Below are positions 36,050 through 49,368 of a DNA stretch of 64,000 nt, piece after piece. Below the pieces are notes generated by a model. It did not search any database and was not told where the DNA came from. It worked only from the letters and a program-made list of their open reading frames with translations. Location: assembly GCF_021028975.2 (NCBI RefSeq), contig NC_059432.1:64914001-64978000 (forward strand), given 5' to 3'. Both the position numbers and the translations under genes were made by a program. The stretch comes from Sphaerodactylus townsendi. Lineage: Eukaryota. Numbering within the stretch: the first letter of the stretch is position 1; each line of letters opens with the position of its first letter.

Positions 36050-36715
36050 TGTCATGGACCTGCTGGATCCAGAAGGTATTGAGGACTCCTCTGATGAAGA
36101 GTCAGCAGGAAACCCTGCCTCCTGTCCACAGTCAATAGTAGAAGTGGCACAGGGAGAAGCAGCCTCAGTAGGGTCAGACAAAAGCCCAGAGCTGGACACC
36201 AGTGCAGTGACCCAACAGCCCTCCAGCTCTGAGCAAGCTGTGGAAAGCCAGATGCCTGCCTGCTCACCTCCCTCATCCCCAGAGCTTCAGGAACAGAAGA
36301 GGAGAACATGCAGGGCCCTACAGGACAGAAGACAAAGTATATGCATTGCAGCTCAGCACAGGCCTTGTATGGATAGTGAGGATGAGTATTTGCAGGGGCA
36401 GGTCTGAGGCAGCCAGCAGGTGCAGAGTGTTTCAGCCCTCTGAGTAGCCTTGCCTTTATAAGCAGCTGGAACGGGCATAGCTATGTGGAAGCAACATGTT
36501 GAATTGCTGCTGACCTTATGGCTCCTGCTTTGAACGATCTGCTCCTGTCTTGACCTTGTCCTGAATCTCTGAACTTGTGTTTTTGAACTTGTGTTTTGTG
36601 GACTTGTTACTGTGTTAGAACTTTTATGCTTGACTTCTGGAATACAACTTTAACCATGAAAACTGGACTCTGTGTGTTTGTGGGCCGGGGGGGGGGTTAC
36701 TTGGGAACCATGACA
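36050..36715 (+). mobile_element. Solo-LTR-like element
   Basis: TGTCATGG...CCATGACA termini; internal TATA-like CTTTATAAG (~36455); no clear TSD. Confidence 0.5.
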
Positions 36716-37242
36716 CACTCCACATTTTAAAGTAGTGCAGATTCTCCACTATCGTTTATAATGTTATTTAAGTGCCACTTTCATCCAAATCATTATTTCC
36801 TGCACTAGTAAACATACAACTTTGAAAAAAATAGCATTTATATTTTCCTGGATGGCTAGTAGCAACACTTACTTTTCTCTATTGCGGTGCCCACCGTTTT
36901 CCTCTGCACAGCAGCATGGAGCCTACTGAATTCTGCCAGCGAGAGATAAGGAATGTGATTTTGCCTGTTGGCACTCCATGGGAAACTTAGCCTGTTCAGT
37001 TTCTGCTTGTTAACACAGCTGAAAGGCTGAGGATCCAGCTTAACAGCCATCAGTGTCAAGGGGTGTTTGGGCCTGGTGCTGTTAGATTTACAAGTCAGGC
37101 CCCTCCTTCTCCATTTGGGAGGAGGAGTGTGAGAGGGAATGCCACATGTATGTAAAAGCCCCGCATTATCTGATGCATGCTTGCTTTCAGCCTTCCAGAA
37201 CTCCTTATGAGACTATTTGGAGATTCCCCCTCCCCTTCTATA

Positions 37243-37534
37243 TCAGCAGTGGCATATTGGTCAAGAGCAAGGGTACTCTAATCTGGAGGAACTGGGTTTG
37301 ATTCCTCACTCTGCTGCTTGAGCTGTGGAGGTTTATCTGGGGAATTCAGATTAGCTTGTGCACTCCACCACACCCCAGCTGGGTGACCTTGGGTAAATCA
37401 CAGTTCTTCTGAGCTCTCTGAGCCCCACCTATCTCAAAGGGTGCTTGTTGTGAGGAGGGAAGGGAAAGGAGTTTGTAAGCCCCTTTGAGTCTCCTTATGG
37501 GAAAGTAGAGATATAAATTCAACTCTTCTTCTTC
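37243..37534 (+). mobile_element. SINE (Squam3-like)
   Basis: Homologous to 3444-3740. Confidence 0.82.
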
Positions 37535-38600
37535 CTTTTTTTCCTTTGCAAGTTTACGTTTTCTAGCCTATCTTTGCATATACAGAAACCCCATTCCTGT
37601 TTGTGTGTGACAAGGGGTGCGTTGTTTTGATACAGTTATCTAAAAAATGGGTGTCTGGTGTTTGGGAGGAAGCACAGTTTTAGTTCTTGCCTCAGGCACC
37701 ATTTTCTGTAGCTGTGCCCCTGGGTGTTGCTGCTCCTCTGCACTCTTTTGCTGCCTCCATGTAGTCCAAGTGATGGGCAGAATATCAACGGTTTTACCTG
37801 ACTACCATGCATGTCTTTAACTGACGGCAGAGTGGCGTGTGGATGGACATGGACATGCTGACCCTGGGATATAAAACGGTGGACCAGCCTCCTCCGAAAG
37901 CAATAGTTATATCTCTACAATAAAAATCTAGTCATGAATGGTCTGCATGTTTTCCCTGGAGCCAAATGAACAGTATTTTCTGTCTCTCACAATGGGCGCT
38001 ACTTCTTGCACTATTGGGTCAGTTGTTCTAAAGCTAATTTAGGTGACGAGTTTAACATAGCTGGGGGTGGGGAGAAGTCAGCATAATCTGCCTGAGGCCC
38101 CTTGGGTCATCAACAGCCCTCTCTGTTCAGCTGGCGATCAAGGCAAGGTTTTTGTTAACACATTAGAAGGAGCCTGGAGAAAGATGCTTGCATTTGGGAG
38201 TTTCAACAGCTCCCGCTGGCCTAATACTGTCTCCTATTTCACAGGTCGTCACTAAAGGTGCCATGTAACTGATTTTATACCAAGCTGATAATTAGGAGCT
38301 TAGCGTTTCTTGTAGTTCAGACTTCATACTAAGCAATAGGTTTTTTTTTTAAAGGCACATTTTAAAAATACATAATAAATGAATAAGTGATAGTTCTTCT
38401 TTAAACTATGTAAATTTGGCAGTTCTATTGCCAGGTCTGCCTCGAAACATCCCCACGCATCTTTACAGATAAAGTTCCTCTAACCAAAGTGCTTTTAGTC
38501 TGACCTTTTACCAGCCAGGAAATGCATCAAAGATGAGGAAGAAGCTGGTACCCACAAGGGCCAAGGGTTTGCTTACATCTCAGGAAACTGAGGAAAGGGC

Positions 38601-38861
38601 TGGTTGTGGTGGGTTTTCCAGGCTGTGTGGCCATGGTCCGGTAGATCTTGTTCATAACATTTTGCCTGCATCTGTGGCCGGTGTCTTCAGAGGTGTATCA
38701 CAGTGAGAACACACTTCCCTCTGTGATACACCTCTGAAGATGCCAGCCACAGATGCAGGCGAAACGTTAGGAACAAGATCTACCAGACCACGGCCACACA
38801 GCCCGGAAAACCCACCACAACCAGTTGAATCTGGCTGTGGAAGCCTCAATGTGGAATACAT
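38601..38861 (+). mobile_element. PLE fold-back element with hammerhead motif
   Basis: Inverted arms; CTGAAGA(38734)...GAAACGTT(38761); TSD TGAGGAAAGGGC at 38589-38600 and 38862-38873. Confidence 0.87.
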
Positions 38862-39683
38862 TGAGGAAAGGGCATTTGTCAGGCTCTTGCTTTTTCAGAG
38901 ATGTTTCCTCATTCTGAAAACTTGCCTTGCCCTGGCCTTTTTTCACCCTCTGACCACCTCTAATTAGACTTAAACCCGCAGCACAAGCTCCTTATACAGC
39001 TGGCTTCAAATGAAATCCCCTTCCAGAGCCAGCCAGGGCAGGGTCAGCTCAGGAAGCTGGTGTTCTTTTGCCTCCTTCCCAGGGAAGAACTGACTGAGCA
39101 ATAATTCTAGGAATGAGTGTACCCACAGGGAGGGCCCTGGACTCCCCTTGAATCTGAAGGAGGCTTTCCTGTTGGATAAAGGGGCGAAATGAGGTGGTGG
39201 TTAGAGGAGCAAGGGTTAGGGTTGCATGAGGGTCATCAGAACAATGTATATCCTGTGTCTGTTTTAGCATTTGGATTCCTGGGAAACAGTGCCATAGGAA
39301 GGGGAAATGGCACCCGGGGTGAAATGACAGCTCCCCCTCCCTGCATGCCCTGCCCCCCAAACACCCCTCACCCACCTTTTTAAAGCTAAAAAAGCAGCCT
39401 GCTCCGGTCTGTGGGGGCTGCTGCGGAGGTGGCCGGAGGGGTGGGGATGCGATTCTCTGCCCCCACGCCCGGGGCGTTTGTCCCCCGCTGCCGCCACCTT
39501 GTGGTAGCTCCGCCTATGCTGGGAAATCCTCAGTTTTGATTTTAAAATATTGCACTTCTAGCTGTTTGGACTGTAAACAAAAGTTTGAACACATGCACAG
39601 CAGTTGAGAACTTGTTAGAAGTCTGAAGGGGCTATTTGGGATTTCCAACTGGTGATCAAAGGAAAGATTTGGGGTCTCCAGTA

Positions 39684-41751
39684 ATAACAAGCCTTTATTG
39701 GCATAAAATAAACATACAAAACAAGCATACAAAACCTGCCCGCCATTGCTCACAGTCATAGACACTGGTACTAAAATATATACATGGTCCTTCTGTAACT
39801 ATAGGACATTCTTTCAGCTAAGTTGACTCACTTAAACGTCATCGGATACTGACAGAAGCTAGAAAAATTACTGCTGGCTATATGTGGTCATAATACATAG
39901 ACATTGATTGGTATTCATCTAGACTTACGTCTATTATCGTTAGCAGAAATTTTGCTACATTCTCGCACACTGTGGGATCCATGTTGTTCAAAAGCATAGG
40001 TATCTTAAGAACATCAGTTAGATTGTTATACAGAAATGGGATAAGTGCAGATTGCGACATTCTGATTTTTGCAAACCTTACACAATGAAAGAGGGTATGA
40101 TCGAGTGTCTCCACCTGACCCATGTTGCATGGACATAGCCTCCTCTGTTTATCAATTTGTTGATATCTGCCATAGAGCAGCATAGAAGGCATTAGATTGA
40201 ATCTGGCCAGTGTTAAGGCTCTTCTTAATTTAGGGTTGGTGATCCAATGTAAATAATTGGCCATGTGTCCTTGCTCAATTGGAATAAGCAGGGTCAGGGG
40301 GGAACACGTTTTCCTCGCAGCCGTTATCATATCCCGATACTCTTGTTCTAATAGCTTAGTTTTCAAGCAGCTATATGCTTCTGATAGGGAAAGAGGGCCT
40401 AACGACTCTAGTGAAAAGCCAAGAGCGTTGATTTTTCCCTCAACTAGTTTCAGCCACCTAGAATTTGCATAGTCGGAAAGCATGAGGTGTAGCAAACTGG
40501 AGTGATCCTGCAAATAGTGGATATGTAGCCAGTATCTGACAGTTCTCAGCCAGGCCATTGTGGCATATGATATTTGCCCGAGTTCTAAACATAGTGCTGC
40601 ATATGAAGCACAATTTGGTAAGCCCATAATTTTATGGAAGAAACGGGACTGGGCTGTGTTTATATTTTTGTTTATAGCTCCGATCCAAATTGGTGCTCCA
40701 TAGAGGAGCTGAGAGCCGCATTTAGCATTGAACACCTTCAATGCGGATGGTATATACTGGTGGCCCACAGTGAAAAAGAAACGCTGAATTGCTAGGGCAC
40801 TGTTGTTAGCTGCAGCAAGTGCTAATTTCCTATGTACTGCCCAATTAAGGTTGCTGGTAAGAGTTATGCCCAAATATTTGAACTGGTTAACTTGTTCTAT
40901 GGGTCTGTTATTGATGGTCCATGTATGACTAGGGGGTCTTCTAGCGAAGGCCATTATTTTGGTTTTTTCATAATTAATTACCAGTTCGTTCCTCTTACAA
41001 TATTCAGCACAGCAATTTAAGAGACGAGTGAGGCCAACTTTAGTGTGGGAAAGAAGAACGGTGTCGTCAGCATAAAGTAGCGCGGGCACGTGTTTAGCAC
41101 TTAGTTTGGGAACATGCCCATTGGCCTTCTGGAGGGTTGGCACTAGATCACTAAGGAATATATTGAACAAAGTGGGGGCCAATGTACAGCCTTGTTTGAC
41201 CCCTCTGGTTGTGATGATATTTTCTGTGAGTGGTCCTTTTATTGCGGCTCTTATTCTACAGCTAGTGCAAGTGTATAGCTGTTTTATGAGAAACAGTAGT
41301 CTGGGGTCGATATGTAACGCCATCAATTTTCTCCACAGTAGGGCTCTAGATATGGAGTCAAATGCCCCTTTTAAATCCAGGAAATCTGCAAAAAGTTTAC
41401 GGTTATTATGAATTATACTTTTGTTAGCTAAGTGTGCTAAAACTGTTACATGATCCAGTGTTGATTTATTTTTAGTGAATCCAATTTGCTCCGGTCCTAT
41501 TACTTCTGCTTGCTTGACCCAATCTTCCACTCTCCTAAGGAGTAGTTTTGCATATAGTTTGCCAATTACAGATAATAGGCTTATAGGGCGATAGTTTGAA
41601 GGATTAGTAATATCACCCTTTTTGTAGATTGGGACAACTATAGACGCCAGCCACATCTTTGGGATGTGGCCTGTGTTATTTACATGGGTAAATAAGGAAG
41701 CCAGAGTTGTAGCCCACCACTCGGGTGAGGATTTAAGTATTTCTGGTATTA
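39684..41751 (-). mobile_element. 5'-truncated non-LTR retrotransposon (RTE-X-like) with uninterrupted RT reading frame
   Basis: Open frame to stop at 39878 with NYRPISLL, DLKGAFDS, GVKQGCTLAPTLF, YADD, FKYLG and C-terminal RLCPC..ETLDHTLFHC; 3' end GCCAATAAAGGCTTGTTAT; perfect 15-bp TSD TTGGGGTCTCCAGTA at 39669-39683 and 41752-41766. Confidence 0.92.
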
Positions 41752-44700
41752 TTGGGGTCTCCAGTATATCTTCTTTCCTCCTTGCATGTACAGTTCTGAA
41801 AAACCCTTTCCTCAAACTTTTAGCTAATAAAATGAAATTACTTTAAAATTTGCATTTTGGGAGCAATATAAAGTATACAAAATAAGCAATATGTGCTTAA
41901 TTTCCACAGTGTCTTTTGATCATTGACTTTAATTCTCAGTGTACAATATGCACTCTTCATGTGTGTTCTGCCCACCGCTGTAAGTACCAAGGAGAGGTTG
42001 AATCTAGGCAGGAGCACTTTACTGATAACTAGTGATCTCTCCTCCAGGATTTGGTGACCCCACAATAAAATATACTTGCTGGTAACCTAATGCTGATTGG
42101 GCTTTGTGGCCTTTTGATGGTCAGGAGTCAGCAGGGATTCATGATTCTTTCAAGCATCCTACACTACAACATGAGCACATGCTTACTGCATTTTCAAATA
42201 TACATGATTAATGAAGCATTGTACCTCCACATCTGTATCAATGATACTGAACTGTGTGTTACCTTTCTGCTGGACTGCAGTACACTATGCTGTGGATGAG
42301 TCCTAAACATTGTCAATTCTTACACAATACGACTCAAATCTACTAGACTGAATTAAGATTTGCTGTCTGCCTTTGTTTGGGCAGGGGGGACTCCTTACAA
42401 GAGTTGATGCCTTCTCACTACCCTTATCCCTGAGCTCTGCCACAGCAGCTCCTCTTATCAGTACTCTGCTGTCTCTCTTTGTGTGGGTATGTGTGGATTA
42501 GGAAAGAAATCACATTGTGTCAGCGGGAATCCACATTGCTCATCACCATACTGAAAGGTGATACAGGGCTGGAGTCAGCCTGAGAACCAGTTCGTTTGTA
42601 GTTTCAGTGTTGGACTAGGATCTGGGAGACCCCATTTTCTACGGAAGCTTGCTGGGTGACCTTGGACCTCTCTCTTAGCCTAAGCTACCAAATAGTGGTG
42701 TTGTGAAGATAAAGTGGGGGAGAAGTGGACAATGTAAGCCACTTTGGGTCCACATTAGGGAGAAAGTGGGGTATAAATGAAGTAAACAAACCATGTCCTG
42801 AGGTGGGGCAGCTGCCAGTGCTCAGGCCTTTGGTGGCCACTGCTACCACCTCTGCCCTTGCTTGCCCATCCATCCCCCATGCTCCCAGCCACATGCACTG
42901 CCCAGCACTGTTGTGGGAGGAGCATATATGGTTGGAAATGCAGACAGAGTGAGGGCTTGTGAGTGGGGGAAAGATGCGTGGGTGGATGGGGGAAGGGAAA
43001 TGTGGATGAATGGGAACAGCTATGAGCAGGGTGTGCAGTGACAAGGAATGGGGCCCTTGACATTCTGCCCATGGCTCCTAAAAGCTGGAATTGAGCTGCC
43101 CTGATGAATCTAACACATGGAATATGGGGAAATGTCATGACCTGGCTGCTCCTCCTGACTCCACATAGGTTGGTGACCTCATGAAAGTTTGAGTAGTGTT
43201 TGCTTGGATCACCACTGGGGATTATGGTGTCGTAAGAAGATCATGGTTCTCCACCCTGCTCCCTGATTCTTGACATCAGGCTGATGACTGTCCATCCTGT
43301 GGCTGGAGCACAGTCATTTCCCCCACCATTGCTTTTCTTGCTTGCTCTGAACCCCGGGCCTGATGTTTGTGAGAAAACTTTGTCCCTGTACTGCTGCCGA
43401 CTCTGTTTCCTCACATACAGGGCATGACACTTGGTCTCTTCAATCATCTCCAGTAAGCTGCTGCCGATCAATGCCTTCCCGCCATCTCTAGTACGCTAGA
43501 GATAATGGCTGGTTAATTGCTAACATCCTGGCACTATTTCCATTAGTGGAGAAGGGGGATGGGTCAGATCAGAAGAACTTCTTCCTGCACATGCCCTCCC
43601 CTCCTGCCCTCATTTTTAGGCCACACTTACCTAGTAGTCTCTGTATAACATAACAAAGAGGTTAATGATGCTGAGAGGATCTGGGCAAGGAGGGGGTATT
43701 CTGAGGACTCTGTGTGAATTAGGACCAAAACCTGGTGCTAGACAGGTCCAAATGCTCTGCTCAGCCTGGGGGTTGTCTGATTTCTGGTATCTACTTCCTG
43801 CTGCTCCTCAGGGTCAGTTATTCAGCTATCTCTGGAATGATCTGTATGGGCAGCACACTTCCAGGAGGGATAAAGGGCATTTGACTCCTGGACCCATTTT
43901 TCACAAATATGTATTCAGAGTCTTAAAGAATATATTTTAAAATGCCGATAGGCAGCCTTTGACCCAGACTGTCCCTTAGATCGTCACGCAGAATATTCTA
44001 GGCTTCCCACTGCCCTGAATCTCAAGGCTCTTTGTTTCGAGACCAGCTCTTTTTGACCAGTGGTCCTCAGAACAATCACAGCTGCCGTGTCAGAACAGCT
44101 GCCCTTTGTGGGAGAAGGGAGGCCAGGAAAGAGACTGGATCACATGCCTGCTCCTGAATCAGCGGGACTGATCCCTCCTCCCCCACTGCAGTAGCCATCA
44201 CCATCAACTGCCCCCCAGGAGAGGACAAGGAGACGAAGGCAAGGCAGGCTGAGGAAATAGTATCACACAGTTGTCCCTGGCTTAGCTGCTCCAATCCCTC
44301 TACCACTGGAGCAGCCAGGGGTGTTTGGTGTCTGTTTGGTTGAATTCAGCATTTTGAGATGATGTTTTTCTACCTGATTCTCCCCACCCTCCCATCTCAT
44401 GGGCCAGTTTGTTTGGTCGCTTGACTTTTTTACATTTAGTCTTTAGAACAGATTTGTGTTTTACTTATTTATTTGGATAATTATTCCCTGTTTCTCTTCC
44501 CAGGGACTTAACTCATTATTTCCTCTTGCATTTTATTTTCACAACAACAGCCCAGTGAGGTAGGTTAGGCTGAAAAAGAGAGACTGGTCCAAGGTCACCA
44601 AGCTTCCTGACCCCTGTGGTGATTTAAACCTGGGTCTCCCAGATCCTAGTCCAACACTAACCACTACACTGCTTCTTCAGCCAAAAAGTGGGATTGGAAT

Positions 44701-45532
44701 ATTAATCTGAAAATAAATCACTATGTAAAGATGAAAAGTACCAAGATGTGACCAGTTTGGAGACTATGCAGGGCCTGTCTGAATATCTGGCATTCCAGTG
44801 TGCCTGGCATTTCAAGTGGAACTTTTTGGTATATGTTCACCTCTTACTTTGGAACAGAGTATTTCTAACAGTTTCAAACCTACCCCAGCAATTATGCTCA
44901 TAATTTTGGCTGTGTTTGCCACATCATTATACCTGTTGGCAAGTGGCAACCCCTGCATTAGTGTTCTGAGTAACGGTTCTGTCCTACGTCTCAGCAGTGG
45001 GTGTTAATGACTAGATCTGAGAATAATGTTGCTGGTCCTGAGACCATCTTGAAAGCAGCAAAACTGGATCAGCCGCAAACAAATGTCAAAGTTTCTACAT
45101 GCTTGAGGGGCTCCTAAGATGTGCAGAAAAATATGAGGTCATTAAGTTACAAATTAACTAATTTTTTTTTTAATCCCTCAAAAAGCAGTCTGATAAGGAC
45201 TGGATGTGCTCCAGCATATTTTGAGATAGTGGAGAGCCACATCAAGGGGAAAAGTGGGGAGGATAAATTTGCCTGATCAAGTCCCGGGGAACTCAGAGAA
45301 TTTGGGAGGGGGAAATTGGGTTATCTTTCCAGACTATCCTCTCGTCCACCCAGCAATTTTTGTATCCCCCTCCAGCTTGTTTAATCTGAAATGGGATTCA
45401 CTTTTTGTATAATAGCATCAAAGTTGATCCATGTTTGATTTTCTGTTCTGAATTTCCCCAAACTCTCCTCTCCTATGCTGCATTCCACTTAATAGATCTG
45501 TACATTATTGCCTCTTTTCTTCAGGGGCCTTC

Positions 45533-45757
45533 TGTTGCTGGTAGAAAGTGCCCTCAAGCTGCAGGTGACTTATGGCAACCCTGTGTGGTTTTTAAGGCAG
45601 GAGACATTCAGAGGTGGTTTGCCACAGCCTGCCTCTGCCTTGCTACCCCGGACTTCCTTGGTGGTCTCCCATGATCCAAATACTCATCAGAGCTTGCCCT
45701 GCTTAGCTTCTGAGATCTGATGAAATCAGGCACGCCTGGGCTATCCAGGGCAGGGAC
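45533..45757 (-). mobile_element. 5S rRNA-derived SINE (5S-Sauria-like)
   Basis: Minus strand GCCTGATTTCATCAGATCTCAGAAGCTAAGCAGGG..GGGAGACC resembles 5S rRNA; followed by GGCAAACCACCTC..GTTGCCATAAGTC tail. Confidence 0.8.
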
Positions 45758-46832
45758 CATGTATTTTATTGCATTTCGTTCTTTTTTCTATTCAAAGTAC
45801 AGGTTTTTATCAGGAGTTTAGTAAATGTTCCGCCTTTTCTTGTGGTTTGTGTACTTTTCCTATCAGCTTTATATCTGGAGTAAATACAATACACATTCTT
45901 TATTGATTCATTCAAGTCATTAAGGGAGAAGTTACTCTGTTCTTGAAAGATTTTTTTCACTCATTTATGTAGCTCTTGATTTGTTTTGGTTGTTCCTGAG
46001 CTATCCTGTGTGTGTAGTTTTCGAACTGCACATAAATTTCTAAACAAACTAGGAAATATTTAGATTACAACAATAAAGATAAGGCTGAGAATGCTACGTT
46101 TTTACCGCGGAAAGAGGGAAGGAAATCAGCATCTTCAGAGCAAGGGACTGAGGAGGGGCATGGTGAGAAATTTTAAAAGCATTATTATAAAAATAGGGAA
46201 CAGCTGGTTTCTTAGCAACAGGAATAAGATACTTCTAAACTGTAGTAAATCTGACTATAGAACCAGCTGATTTGAAATTATATAGAATTTCTTTTTATGA
46301 GATGTTTACAAAGAAGTGTTGAGTAAGTGTCTGTCAGAGACTATTTTGGTTTGGAGAGTCCTGCCTTTAGCAAAGCAGTAAGAGTGAGAGAGTTACACAG
46401 GAATCAGTGATTAGGAAACACGCCCGGCTGAACTGACTTCAACCTCTATGCTTCCTGCTCTCCCAGAGTATTTGCCTTCCAGGAGCATAACTTCTCTTAG
46501 CCTTGCAAATTGTTGCCGTGCACCAGGTTGCTGCCTCATGGCTTATTTCTTGGCTAATACGCTGAGCTATAAATACCGTCTAGGGTGGAAAACTCTCTTA
46601 AGGCTCTGACCAAAGAGCTGGGTGGGGGTGGAAGAAAGCTGTGGCCACTGGGTATGTGCAGTCCACAACAAGAACCAGGGAAGCATGGAGGAGGAGTGGA
46701 AGTGCCCCTTGCCAGAGCCGGGTTGTGACAAGATGAGGCAGCAGTCCCTGTAAATGCAAAAGAAGCTGGGTCCAGCAGGTGAGGGGGTTCTGTTTTTGTT
46801 GCTTCATTTGAAGTCTGTTTCTACTGCTGCAG

Positions 46833-47060
46833 GTCGCAATGAACCTCTAAAGAAGGAGCGCCCCAAGTGGAAGAGTGATTACCCAATGACAGATGGCCAG
46901 CTGCGAAGCAAGAGGGATGAGTTCTGGGACACAGCACCGGCCTTCGAAGGCCGCAAGGAGATCTGGGATGCCCTCAAAGCTGCCGCCTATGCTGTGGAAG
47001 CAAACGACCATGGGCTAGCTCAGGCCATTATCGATGGTGCTGGTGTTACCCTGCCACATG
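46833..47060 (+). CDS. UBTD1: UBTD1 exon 2
   Basis: [52 protein letters not shown]...LPHG; 228 nt. Confidence 0.97.
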
Positions 47061-48095
47061 GTATGTTGGGTGAAACAAAGTTGAGTCTTTCTACCCCTGT
47101 CTCCAGTTCCCAGCAGAAACACTGTCTTATGTTGTGGATTTTTTTTATGGCTACACCATCCTCTTCTGCTGCAGTAATCAAACAATATATGTACAAAAAT
47201 GCAATTTATGTGTGTAACAAATGAATGTTTGCCACTGTGAATATTATAGAGGTGCCAAAGGTGATAATGGTAGGATTGGGCATGCCTTCTTACCATGTGT
47301 ACAAAATTCACGTAATGGGCTTAAGTCTTGAACATCCAGAACTATTCAAATCTTTTGTGGGGCTACACACATTTTTTTCTTGGAACAAAGACCACTGGGA
47401 ACTGGGCAGACAGCAAGAGGTTCATACGTGCTTGTCAGTATCCAAAGGAAAACTAAGTATGGTGAGCTTCGTTCTATCCTTGCAGTGTGGGATGAACCAT
47501 GCTGAAAAGTTTTATAGTGGCTGTTCTGAGCATGGGTTGAACGGAACTTCCAAATATGACAGAACAAGGCTGTTCAGCCTCTTCATGTTGCCCCCCAGAC
47601 TCCAACTGCAGGGTAACATGACTTTGAGAAGTTCCCAGGAACATGAGGGGGGCACATATGGGGAACTTTCTTTTCTAGTCCTAGGAAACCAGTCTAGACA
47701 TTTTTGCACTCACTTCATGCTGAGAGGAGACAATTGGAATGGGAGATTGAACAGTCTCATATTCATTCATTCAAAAAGAAGGGTAAGCGGAACAGGGGGA
47801 GTCATTCAGTGGGGTAACCGGTGGACTTCCCCTAACTTAGGGGGCATCCAAAGGCTGGGAGCCGGGGATGGTCTGGGGCTGCATGATAAGATAGGGGAAT
47901 ATCAGAGAAAAAGAGTTGGAAGGAATTTAGGGCACGTGGTTAGTGAGGTCATCATGAAAGAGACCAAGATTTGGAGAGAAAAATGAAAAGTTTATATTTT
48001 GTAGAATTTAACTGTGTCTTAAATAGGCCTGTGGAAAAGCCTACTTGTTTCCCAAGCCTCTCATGCCCTCTACTGGTTTCTTAACTCTCCTGCAG

Positions 48096-48481
48096 GTTCC
48101 CTCACTGAGTGCTATGATGAATTGGGGAACCGGTACCAGCTCCCTGTTTATTGCTTGGCTCCGCCTGTCAACCTGATTATGGAGAGGAGCGAGGAGGAGG
48201 GCGTGGAGCCCCCTGAGCCAGCACCCAACACCCGGCGTGAGTTCCCTCTCAAAGTGCGCCTCTCAACCGGCAAGGACTTGCGCCTGAGTGCCAGCATGAC
48301 TGACACTATTGGGCAGCTCAAAAAGCAGCTCTTTGCCCAGGAGGCACTGGAGCCTTCCTGGCAGCGTTGGTTTTTTTCTGGGAAGCTCCTGACAGACCGG
48401 ACCCGCCTGCAGGAAACCAAAATCCAGAAGGACTTTGTCATTCAAGTAATCATCAATCAGCCGCCTGCACCAAGGAACTGA
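48096..48481 (+). CDS. UBTD1: UBTD1 exon 3 (C-terminal ubiquitin-like domain, stop)
   Basis: [20 protein letters not shown]...[40 protein letters not shown]; total CDS 684 nt = 227 aa. Confidence 0.97.
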
Positions 48482-49205
48482 ATTGGAGGTGGCTGGCACA
48501 GGGCCCGTTTTGTGGACCAGAGGCTGAGCTGGAGTCCATGAGCACGAGGCTGTTCTTGTGGCTGGGGAAAGCAAATGGTGTCCTCTGAGCCGTGGCTGGA
48601 AGGTTTTATAGTGGCCCTTGGAGAATGGCAAGTGCTCACTTGCTGCAGGGCACAGATAAGGGGTAGCAAACAGCATAGGTGGGTGGTTGTGAAGGTGGAT
48701 TCTTCCCATGCTTTGCCTCTCTTGACCCTTAGGACCATTTTTTTACCACCCCATACCTCAAAGAATTGGATTTGTTTCCTTTATCCCCCCTTTCTAGGCT
48801 GGTATTGAAACACATGCCTTTCTCCTCTTCTTCTGGGCTTATAAGCCTATGTGAAAGACTGTGGGTTTAGTCCCTTCAGGGACCAAGCATAGATTTTGCT
48901 GCTTGGGCATCAAGAAGTTTTTCTAGGGAGCTTGAGACCAAAGCACCACCCACAAAAAGGCCCGTGCTGGGTACAAGACCAGAATACCTTGTCAAATACT
49001 GTGCTGTATCTGGTTCCCAATTTCTTGTCCCAATATCTAGTCCAGTGAATGAGGCCTCAGTAATGCTGAGACTGGTCCTATTTGCACAGTCTCCTGTGAC
49101 GAGCCAATGGGACAGTTGTGTATTCTGGATATATAGGCAGCCCTTCAGCTAGATGGGGGAAATGGAGGATTGTTCCTGTATGTATAGGTCTCAGTGTAAT
49201 TTATC

Positions 49206-49211
49206 AATAAA
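49206..49211 (+). terminator. Likely UBTD1 polyadenylation signal
   Basis: AATAAA about 725 nt after the stop, followed by pyrimidine/GT-rich sequence. Confidence 0.6.
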
Positions 49212-49368
49212 ACCTTTTCCAACTAGCCCTGAGCCTGTCCTGTTGCCCTGATTCAGCCTGACCTTGGTTTTGTTTCTTAAGAAAGTTTTACACTATTTCC
49301 TTAATTCTGGATAGCATTCAAATGCTTAATTGGAATGAGCAGGCTTGTGTTCGGAAAAACCTAGCCCT

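Noticed and set aside
36015-36407. 130-aa acidic low-complexity ORF
   Set aside because: Lies within an LTR-like repeat, with no splice or homology support.
41752-41815. N-terminus of the 645-aa RT ORF
   Set aside because: Lies in or beyond the TSD, so it is host flank; this is not a complete or domesticated gene.
47225-47986. 253-aa ORF in UBTD1 intron 2
   Set aside because: No recognisable domain or splice support; UBTD1 is complete without it.
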